Positions 7,798-15,561 of a DNA stretch of 19,629 bases are shown here, piece after piece. The stretch lies in assembly GCA_016839765.1 (NCBI GenBank), contig JAEOTP010000036.1:1-19629 (forward strand), written 5' to 3'. Below the pieces are notes generated by a model, which worked only from the letters and a program-made list of their open reading frames with translations, was not told the DNA's origin and made no database searches. The translations under genes were made by a program, and so were the position numbers. The DNA is from Promethearchaeota archaeon (GTDB taxonomy: Archaea > Asgardarchaeota > Lokiarchaeia > Sigyniarchaeales > SOKP01). The first letter of the stretch is position 1; each line of letters starts with the position of its first letter.

Positions 7798-9069
7798 TCA
7801 ATCAATTTCAAAAATATACTTAATTACTGAAATTATATCAGCCTTTCTTGCGTTAGGAGGTAATTCAATATTGTATTCTGTACAAAATTTTTTTAAATCC
7901 TTAACTGTCCAACCATTTAAATCCTCTGGTAATTCAGCCAAAGCTTTTTTTTTTTCCTCTTCTTCCTCAAAATCGATTGATCGCTCATATTTCTCACCAG
8001 TTAATTCTTCAATTGCTCCAATAATACCTTCTAAATCCTCTTTTTTTCTTTCTGGGATAATCTCTAATAATTCTTCTTCTTCAGGTTTTTCTTGTACTTC
8101 TAATGCTTTCTTAATTGCTTCTAAGTGCTCTTTTTTCTTTTCTAATCTCTCTCCCCTAATTTTTTTGATTTCTTTCATAATGCTATTATAGTTATCTTTG
8201 AAGTATTTAAGACTAATATTAATAAGATCGGAAAAGTTCTCCCAGTCTTCTTTACTTATAATTGAATCTGCCCAATGAAACAAATCTAATTGTAAATCAA
8301 TTGTAAGTGCTTTACCCTCCATCTCAATATTTGTAGTTAACCATCTCAAAATGTTTGCTAGAAAAATATCATTATCAAAAGCACTAAAACCGTATTCTCT
8401 GCCTAATGATGAGAATATTGATAAAGTTCCAAAAGCAACAACTTTTCCCTTAAAATATTCAACAGCTACCATTAAGTCAATTTTTGGACAGTCCTCTTCA
8501 ACCCATTCATCCCCATCAAATTTTTTTCTCCAACAATTTATCCCGCCTTTGACAAGTGGTTCAATTTTAATATCTTTTTCATCTTCTAAAAAATCTAACA
8601 CTTCTATAGAACATGGATTTGATAAAACTATTTTCCTTACTTGTTCAGTAATGAAATGTGGTTTAAGTTTTTGTAATAATGGTCTTTTCTGTAAATTAAC
8701 GTAGGTTACTGAATCATAAATTTCATCAGGAGCAAATTCAAAACCAAATTTACTAGTTAATTCATTTAAATTTGTACGATTTAAATAATCTCCGCCTCGG
8801 GCTCCAATGATTAATAAACTTCCACCATTTTTCACATATTGTTCAAGAATATCTAGTTCCTCTGGGCTGAGATTTACATTTTTTGGAGTGGACATAATAA
8901 CAGCATCATAATTCCCTAATTTTTCCGAAGAGTAGAATCCTGCTTCAATTTTTCCTAATTTATAACCTGAATTAAATAAGAATTGAGTAAAATCAGCATA
9001 GCTAGATGCTTCTAACATCAGCATATTATTATGACTATAATCAAGCCCAATTGCTATATCATTTCTCAT
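7798..9069 (-). CDS. GIFT/IFT52-like (GldG/DUF4350, GATase1-like) domain + ribbon-helix-helix + coiled coil + C-terminal SAP/HeH/Rho_N-like domain protein
   Basis: aa1-246: DYSHN, YDAVIMSTP, ELDILEQYVKNGGSLLI, TNLNEL..KFG, GKVVAFG..SIFS, DN..FLANILRWL. aa253-294: RHH pattern. aa382-420: LNGWTVKDLKKFC..YNIELPPNARKADIISVI. Confidence 0.75.
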   Translation of the reverse strand: MRNDIAIGLDYSHNNMLMLEASSYADFTQFLFNSGYKLGKIEAGFYSSEKLGNYDAVIMSTPKNVNLSPEELDILEQYVKNGGSLLIIGARGGDYLNRTNLNELTSKFGFEFAPDEIYDSVTYVNLQKRPLLQKLKPHFITEQVRKIVLSNPCSIEVLDFLEDEKDIKIEPLVKGGINCWRKKFDGDEWVEEDCPKIDLMVAVEYFKGKVVAFGTLSIFSSLGREYGFSAFDNDIFLANILRWLTTNIEMEGKALTIDLQLDLFHWADSIISKEDWENFSDLINISLKYFKDNYNSIMKEIKKIRGERLEKKKEHLEAIKKALEVQEKPEEEELLEIIPERKKEDLEGIIGAIEELTGEKYERSIDFEEEEEKKKALAELPEDLNGWTVKDLKKFCTEYNIELPPNARKADIISVIKYIFEID

Positions 9070-9323
9070 GGGTAGTGATCATTTCTTTTTTTTTATTCTT
9101 TTTAATAATAATAATTCCCATTTTTAATTTCTTTTATGTAAAAATTTTTATTAATTTCTTAAAAAACCTTATAATATAACCGTTTTATAAGAATAGAGTT
9201 CTAAAGTAAATTTCTTCTATATAATATAAAAATTTCGTTTGTAGCTTATATTTTCTAGGATAATATTATTAAATGATTAAGTTGAAATTAGTATAAATTA
9301 GAAAGAAACTTTGGTAAATTCAT

Positions 9324-10755
9324 ATGAAAAAAAGAGAAATTTTATCTACAGGATTTTTCATTTTTTTAATTCTCATTATGATTATGGATATGCATTAATT
9401 CTTCCTAATGAGGTCTTAATTGCAGCAGATTTAAAAGTAAACTTCGATGCACTTGGAATATTAATTGGGCTCTATACTATAATCCTTGGCGTCTCAATTT
9501 TGGTTTTTGGTTATTTAACTGACAAAATTAATAGAAAGAGAATTTTAATTTTCTCAGGGCTTTTATGGGCAATTCCCGTTATTTTTTACCTATTTATTCT
9601 AGAATTTTGGCAATTATTACTTCTTAGAATAATAGCTGCTATTGCTCAGGAGCAGCACCACTAACTATCTCATATTTAGCAGATATGATTTCTCCAAAAT
9701 CTCGTTCAAAATCATTCGCATTTTGGGGATTAGTCGAAACATTTGCTACTCTATTTGCTAGTTTTTTTGCTTTAGCATTTAACTTTATAGATTTTGGAGC
9801 AATTGGAGGTACCCCTAATGAAAAAATCGAGTTCATTGCAACAAATTATCCAAATCTTCTCTATACATGGCGTTTACCCTATTTTTATTTAGGAATTTTA
9901 GCTTTAATAGTTATAGGTTTTAATTTTTTTATTGTAGTAGAGCCCAAAAGAGCGGCAAAAGAAACTTATTTTAAAGATATATTATCAAAAGAAGATCTTC
10001 AATATTCCTATAAAATAAAACTAGCTGATTTGAAATTTATCTTTAAAAGAAAATCAAATTTTTTTTTAATATTTAATTTTTTTGATGTAATTGCCTCTGG
10101 GTTATTGGTTGCTTATATTTTTCCCTATATTCAGCTTGAAATTGGAGTAAGTGTAATCGATTTGAAAATAATTATACTTTTTCTAGTATTAATTATTTTT
10201 GGGTTAATTTTAGGGCAATTTTGGCTAGCACATTGGGGAGATAGGAAAGTTCAAAAAGGAGATCTTTCTGGAAGGGTAAAAATTGCGATCATTTGTTCTA
10301 TTTTAAATTTACCCTTTCTTTTAATTGCTTTTACAATGTCTCCAAATGTTTCAAATCAGACATTCTTCTTTAATTCATTAGTAGTAAATGAGACAAGGTT
10401 TTGGGTTCTATGGATAATTTTTACATTATTAATAGGTTTAGGCATGGCATTCACCTTTGGAATTGCCCCTAATTGGTATTCAGCAATGATTGATGTGAAT
10501 TTTCCAGAAAATCGAGGTACTATGATTGCAATTGCCTCTTTCATTGACACTATAGGACGTGCAATAGGGGCTCTCATAGGCGGATTTGTGGTTGTATTAA
10601 CTGGAAGTTTTTCCTCTACAATAATTTGGACACTGTTAGTTTTTGGAATCATCTCCATCGGATTCTGGATTCCATTATTCTTTACTGCTCAAAAAGATTT
10701 CAATAGTGTCAATGAAATTATGAAAGAACGAGCAAGGGAAATGGAAAAAAAATGA
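9324..10755 (+). pseudogene. MFS transporter (Spinster-like) split by two single-base deletions (pseudogene or sequencing error)
   Basis: Frame from ATG 9324 reads MKKREILSTGFFIFLILIMIMD and stops at 9398. A -1 shift near 9390 continues ALILPNE...GYLTDKINRK (MFS motif A)...LRIIAAI. A second -1 shift near 9645 continues SGAAPLTISYLADMISPKSR into ORF 9685..10755. Restored length is about 477 aa. Confidence 0.85.
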
Positions 10756-10763
10756 TATGGTAA

Positions 10764-11546
10764 TTACATTTCAAAGTTTTTTTCTGATTCACCTTCTCTT
10801 ATTGGAAGTATTTTTTCAACCCATTTTGGTAGAATAAATCCAATATAAAAAAACAAGTTTGAGGTTACTAGGATTATTCTCATAATAATTAATAGTAGTT
10901 GGTCCATCTGTACGATTGCATCAAAAATGGCTGATATTCCAAATAAAATAAACGCGGCTAATAAGAACCTTCCTTTCCACAAAAGATAAGGTGTTTCTTT
11001 TTCCTTAATTGATTTGATTGCGAAATGTATTCCAGTTGTACAAGCAGTTAAAATACTCGCGCCTAAATAAACTAAAACAAATCCTTTATAGTCAATATCC
11101 ATTGGATTAATTAGATCATCTTTTATCCCTAAAAGTGGTTCTACAGGGGCTCCGGGAGCAAAATAAAGATAATAAAATAGATAAATTTCAAAGGCTATTG
11201 AAAAAATAGCATATAAAGATAGAATTATTTTTTTCTTCGTTGGTTTTACGGTTGTCATATAAACATTAAGCCAGGCTAAAATAGCGATGGGGATGCCTAC
11301 AATGCCAACTAAAACATAAATTTCATAATCTAATGGAGTATTGTTTATTAGCCAATAAACATATCCTAATCCGCTTGGATACCACGGAGATAACGTAAAG
11401 ATGATGCAAAGAAAGAAGTTAAAAACTAATAAATCCTTTACTTTAACACTTTTTATGAGGACAATAAAACCGAAAAAGAAACCAATACAAACAGATAAAA
11501 GTGCTGTAAAACCTGAAAGTTGAGCTAATTCGCTGATAAAAAACAT
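10764..11546 (-). CDS. Stand-alone 7-TM membrane protein of unknown function (Lokiarchaeia-type)
   Basis: Seven hydrophobic segments with basic cytoplasmic loops (KSVKVK, KPTKKK, KSIKEK..KGR), no soluble domain, and no retinal-binding Lys in TM7. Confidence 0.75.
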   Translation of the reverse strand: MFFISELAQLSGFTALLSVCIGFFFGFIVLIKSVKVKDLLVFNFFLCIIFTLSPWYPSGLGYVYWLINNTPLDYEIYVLVGIVGIPIAILAWLNVYMTTVKPTKKKIILSLYAIFSIAFEIYLFYYLYFAPGAPVEPLLGIKDDLINPMDIDYKGFVLVYLGASILTACTTGIHFAIKSIKEKETPYLLWKGRFLLAAFILFGISAIFDAIVQMDQLLLIIMRIILVTSNLFFYIGFILPKWVEKILPIREGESEKNFEM

Positions 11547-11579
11547 AATAAGACCTTTTTTATTATATTATACTTTACA

Positions 11580-11606
11580 TAGTTGATGCAACTAGGTTAA
11601 TATAAA
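11580..11606 (-). promoter_or_regulatory. TATA box plus palindromic operator TAGTTG-N3-CAACTA upstream of the 7-TM gene
   Basis: Perfect 6-3-6 inverted repeat at 11580..11594, immediately downstream (minus strand) of TTTATATT at 11606..11599 and 34 nt upstream of ATG 11546. Confidence 0.55.
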
Positions 11607-11651
11607 TCTTAGTTTATAAAAAACATTTTAAGGTAAATTTTTAACAAAAAC

Positions 11652-12509
11652 TTACTTTTTTGAGGCTAAAATGTCAATCACAGTATGAAATAGGTTAGGA
11701 CCGTAACTTTTAACATATCTCTTCGATAATATTTCACATTTAATCTTCTCTGTAGTAGCTATATCTTCAAATTCTTGAAATAATGGCAAATAATTTTCCC
11801 CTTCAACTACACCCTCATAATGATAGATTGTGCCATTTTCTTTTAAAAGAGTCAGTGCTTCTTTGATATATCCTTTTGGAGCGGGAAGCACCCCCATAAT
11901 AATCCTATCTGCTTTGATTCCGGACTTACTTAATTTTATTACTTCTTCCTTACAATCACCATGAATTGGAATGATAACGTCTTCAAGATGATTAAGTTTA
12001 ACATTTATCACTAAATAGTTATAAGATCCTGTGTTTAATTCAATACTATAAATCTTAGCTGGCTTCGCGTGTCTTGCAATAGGTAATGAAAAATAACCAA
12101 TACCAGCGAACATATCCACAATAATCTCACCATCTCTGACTAAGCTCGCTAAATATTTTCTCTCATTAATGTTTCCCTTGCTAAACATTATTTTAGTTAT
12201 ATCAAATCGATAAATTACATCATGTTCTTTATGCTCAACTATAGGATTATCTTCTCCTGCTATCAATTCAATCTTTTCCGGCTTTCTAAAGGTTCCAACT
12301 ACTTTACCTAGGTTAAGATAGACGGATTTGAAATTTGGGAACAATTTTAGACATGTTTCCCCAATTAGGAATTTTTTTTTTATTATTTTTGAATTGAGTT
12401 TTAAAATCATAACTTTACCTAATATCTGAAATCCCCTTGGAAGTAATGAGAGTTCTTCTTCTGTAAGGGAATCTCGTAATTCTGCTTTTAATTGCTCTTT
12501 AAATCCCAT
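11652..12509 (-). CDS. taw2: tRNA(Phe) wyosine-derivative aminocarboxypropyltransferase Taw2 (Trm5/TYW2, Met-10+ family)
   Basis: IMFSKGNINER, IVDMFAGIGYFSLPIA, YSIELN, ADRIIMG and GTIYHYE fit the Taw2/TYW2 branch; it lacks the N-terminal D1 domain of Trm5. Confidence 0.8.
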   Translation of the reverse strand: MGFKEQLKAELRDSLTEEELSLLPRGFQILGKVMILKLNSKIIKKKFLIGETCLKLFPNFKSVYLNLGKVVGTFRKPEKIELIAGEDNPIVEHKEHDVIYRFDITKIMFSKGNINERKYLASLVRDGEIIVDMFAGIGYFSLPIARHAKPAKIYSIELNTGSYNYLVINVKLNHLEDVIIPIHGDCKEEVIKLSKSGIKADRIIMGVLPAPKGYIKEALTLLKENGTIYHYEGVVEGENYLPLFQEFEDIATTEKIKCEILSKRYVKSYGPNLFHTVIDILASKK

Positions 12510-12638
12510 TTGTAGCCATTATTGTAAATAAAATCAAATGCTTAAATTTATCAAGCGTACTTATTATATAATATTAATCTCTAAAATATTATAATAGTTG
12601 AAAAATTAAATTTGAAGAAATGAAAAATGTGATATAAA

Positions 12639-14510
12639 ATGCCAAACTTAGAAGATCCAGAATTTTTAGTTGATGAAAATAAGGTGTGGTTTACTCCCCC
12701 AGAAGAAGGTGGTTATTGGCCAGATGGAGTTCCGAAACAACTAAGAGATGTTGAAGGTCTTGATGTAAAGCCATTATGGCAAGGTTTCATAAATAGTGCT
12801 AATGAATATGATACTTGGGATAATGACATCTGTGTCTTTGTATATGGACCTTACATCGAACGAGTTAAATTGCGGACATTATTTGATTATGCCAAACGAT
12901 TTGGAACCTTTCTTTACGAGACATTGGAAATAAGAAAGGGTGATGTTGTAGCAATTGATTTACCAAACTCAATCAATTTCGTTGTAGCCTATATGGGATG
13001 TCAATATATTGGAGCTATAGCACAAGGTATAAATCCAACTTATAAACCAATGGAACTTTTACATTCATTAACAATGACAAAAGCAAAAGTATTTGTTATG
13101 ATGGATATGCTCTATATAGCTGGACCTAAGGATATTCTTCCAAAAACTAGTGTTAAATATGTCATTCCCTCAAATTTCGTAGATTTCCTAACAGCTGATA
13201 AGGCGACAATTGAAAAATTAGGAATTCCCAATGCTAAAGATAAAATTCCGAATGAAACAGAGCATTATAAAGTATATTGGATGGAAAATATTATTAAAGA
13301 AACAAAACCAGTTGAAATTGAAACAAAAATCGATCCTTGGACCGATCCAGCTGCCTATCTTATGACAGGAGGAACAACCGGGTTACCAAAAGTAGCAATG
13401 TTAAGCCATGCAAATTTGTATACAAATCTCTATATGATAAAACCGTGGGTAAATCTAGAACCTGGAATGATTACCATTGGTAGTCTGCCTTTTTTCCATA
13501 GTTTTGGTATGACTTCAGTTATGAATGGCTCTTTAAGCTTAGGTATGCAGATGCTACTTTTCCCTAAGCCGCCTTCAGATGATGTCTTATGTGAAACCAT
13601 CAATAAATTAGATGCTCCACAAGGAGTAATATATGTTGGAGTTGAGATGTTATTTAAACGATTAACTGATTTTGTAAATAGCATGGGAGTTGAAGAATTT
13701 AAGAAAAAATACGATTTGTGGAAAAAATTAAGTTATGCTGTTCAAGGAGCGGGACCATTACACGATTATGTTAGAGTTCCATTTGAAGAAATTTTTTGTC
13801 AGATAAGATCAGGTTATGGATTAACAGAAACTTCTCCAGTAGTTAGTGTAGCGCCATTCTGGGGCCCAACAAAGACAGGAAAATTAGGGTTACCTCTTCC
13901 AGGAGATGATTGGGCAATATTTGATGCTGAAAATTTCGAAGTGGGCCCTATATGTGATGGCACAAAAGAAAGAGGAAATTTTGGAATAGAAAATACAGGA
14001 GAAATCTGTGTTGCTGGCCCTAATATAATGCTAGGTTACTTAGGAGTACAAAAAGAACAAGAAGATAATTTAAAATCATGGGGGGGAAAAACTTGGCTCC
14101 TAACGGGAGATATTGGTTTTATGGATGAACATGGATGGATTGAAATTCGAGATCGTAAGAAATCGCTAATTAAAGTTTCAGGACACTCTGTATATCCAAA
14201 AGAAGTAGAAGAACTAATGGGTCATCATGAAATGATTGATGAAGTTGGTGTTGCAGGAATTCCTGATGAAATGACCGGAGAAGCTGTGAAAGCATGGGTC
14301 ACGCTCAAGAAAGGATATAAAGCAGATAATGACATAACTAGCGAAGATTTGAAGGCATGGTGTTTAGAAAATATGGCTAAATGGAAATCTCCCAAATACA
14401 TTGAGTTCATCCGCAAAATGCCCGTAAGCATGACGGGAAAGGTCCAACGTAGAGAATTACAAGAAAAAGATTTAGATAAACTTGAGAAAGGAAAAGAAAT
14501 TAAAGGCTAA
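12639..14510 (+). CDS. Long-chain fatty-acid--CoA ligase (ANL/AMP-binding superfamily)
   Basis: P-loop YLMTGGTTGLPK, LPFFHSFG, SGYGLTETSP, WLLTGDIG, DRKK.LIKVSG, C-terminal TGKVQRR. SD-like GTGAT just upstream. Confidence 0.92.
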   Translation: MPNLEDPEFLVDENKVWFTPPEEGGYWPDGVPKQLRDVEGLDVKPLWQGFINSANEYDTWDNDICVFVYGPYIERVKLRTLFDYAKRFGTFLYETLEIRKGDVVAIDLPNSINFVVAYMGCQYIGAIAQGINPTYKPMELLHSLTMTKAKVFVMMDMLYIAGPKDILPKTSVKYVIPSNFVDFLTADKATIEKLGIPNAKDKIPNETEHYKVYWMENIIKETKPVEIETKIDPWTDPAAYLMTGGTTGLPKVAMLSHANLYTNLYMIKPWVNLEPGMITIGSLPFFHSFGMTSVMNGSLSLGMQMLLFPKPPSDDVLCETINKLDAPQGVIYVGVEMLFKRLTDFVNSMGVEEFKKKYDLWKKLSYAVQGAGPLHDYVRVPFEEIFCQIRSGYGLTETSPVVSVAPFWGPTKTGKLGLPLPGDDWAIFDAENFEVGPICDGTKERGNFGIENTGEICVAGPNIMLGYLGVQKEQEDNLKSWGGKTWLLTGDIGFMDEHGWIEIRDRKKSLIKVSGHSVYPKEVEELMGHHEMIDEVGVAGIPDEMTGEAVKAWVTLKKGYKADNDITSEDLKAWCLENMAKWKSPKYIEFIRKMPVSMTGKVQRRELQEKDLDKLEKGKEIKG

Positions 14511-14518
14511 CTCCTCTA

Positions 14519-14542
14519 TTTTTTAATTCAATTAATTTTTTT
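14519..14542 (+). terminator. Oligo-T tracts after the acyl-CoA ligase, putative terminator
   Basis: T6 at 14519 and T7 ending at 14542, just after the stop at 14510. Confidence 0.4.
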
Positions 14543-14673
14543 GACATAATTTTATATATAATGACTTTTACTATAGTTATGCATTTTAGTTAGGGTTTTA
14601 GTTGAGATTACATTTTTTTTACATTTGTAAAATTAAGAATATATTTTCATTAATATAAAAAAATGAGAGAAAG

Positions 14674-15531
14674 ATGGAACAAGCATTTAGATTATTAAAA
14701 ATTGCGTGCCCTTCATGCGGTACTGCAAGGGAATTAAAAATTCCAGATTCTATCTTTTCTGAAAAAAAAATCGGTTTTATAAAGATTCAAGTACCTCAAG
14801 GAGCAGTATGTAATGACCATGATTTTATGATTTTAGCAGATCCAAAAGGTAAAATTTTAGGATATGAAACTTTTGATGTAGCTATTTCAAAGGCAAAGGA
14901 GCAACTTGAGGAAATTAAAGAGGAACAATCAACAGGTCCTACTTTACAAGGTTTAATAGATATATATGGTTTTAATTGCATAGCAGGTTTAATTCACGCC
15001 AAGTTATTTGGTTATTCTTCTTTTATGGTTAGCAGTTTAAATTTAAATAAAGATATTAGTGAATTAAAGAATATAATAGAGAGTATAATTCCTAAACCTT
15101 ATAGAAATTCTTCTACTATAGATAAAATTGAATACGATGGTAAGACTTTCCCTAGTCCGGGTTACTATTATTCAATACTTACAAGTAGAAGGAATAATGT
15201 TTTTTTAATTAATCCTTATAAGCATGTAATACAATCACCCTGGGAAATAGATATTGAATATGAACAAATGATAATTAACCATGCATTAAAAAGGGATGAA
15301 AATGGGATTCAATTTAAAGTATTAACGGAATTTTTACAAAGACTTTTAAAAGATGTAGATGAAGCCAAATTCATTCTTGAAAATTGTAAGAAGATTTCGG
15401 AAAAGGAATTAATTAAAGAACTGAACGCGAGGTTAACTCTTTCTTCAATCAATAAATCACGAATGAGATTGATTAAAGAATTTATTAATCGAAGAATCTC
15501 ACCTGAATTAGCTGCAAAAATTAAAAAATAG
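14674..15531 (+). CDS. Zn-finger (CxxC...CxxH) protein with a putative cDENN/folliculin-C-like domain
   Basis: C12-x2-C15 and C46-x2-H49 followed by F.I..D..G.I.GYE..D. aa90-140 (TLQGLIDIYGFNCIAGLIHAKLFGYSSFMVS...IIESIIP) fits the cDENN helix-helix-strand-helix pattern. The CDS is certain; the domain call is manual. Confidence 0.55.
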   Translation: MEQAFRLLKIACPSCGTARELKIPDSIFSEKKIGFIKIQVPQGAVCNDHDFMILADPKGKILGYETFDVAISKAKEQLEEIKEEQSTGPTLQGLIDIYGFNCIAGLIHAKLFGYSSFMVSSLNLNKDISELKNIIESIIPKPYRNSSTIDKIEYDGKTFPSPGYYYSILTSRRNNVFLINPYKHVIQSPWEIDIEYEQMIINHALKRDENGIQFKVLTEFLQRLLKDVDEAKFILENCKKISEKELIKELNARLTLSSINKSRMRLIKEFINRRISPELAAKIKK

Positions 15532-15561
15532 TAAAAAGAAATCTATAGTACTTTCGCTATT

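Noticed and set aside
9168-9191. CTTATAA-N10-TTATAAG inverted repeat in the divergent GIFT/MFS intergenic region
   Set aside because: Almost pure A/T; explicable as chance or as back-to-back TATA-like elements.
9362-9368. In-frame T_TTT_TTA heptamer (classic -1 slippery site) upstream of the first MFS frame break, suggesting programmed frameshifting
   Set aside because: Slipping here would give a polar TM1 (NSHYDYGY), whereas shifting near 9390 gives a proper hydrophobic MFS TM1 (ILIMIMDNALILP). The second break has no slippery site, and T-runs are common in this DNA.
10764-11546. Microbial rhodopsin / schizorhodopsin
   Set aside because: No DxxxK or equivalent retinal-binding Lys in helix 7, and no RYxxW-type motif in helix 3.
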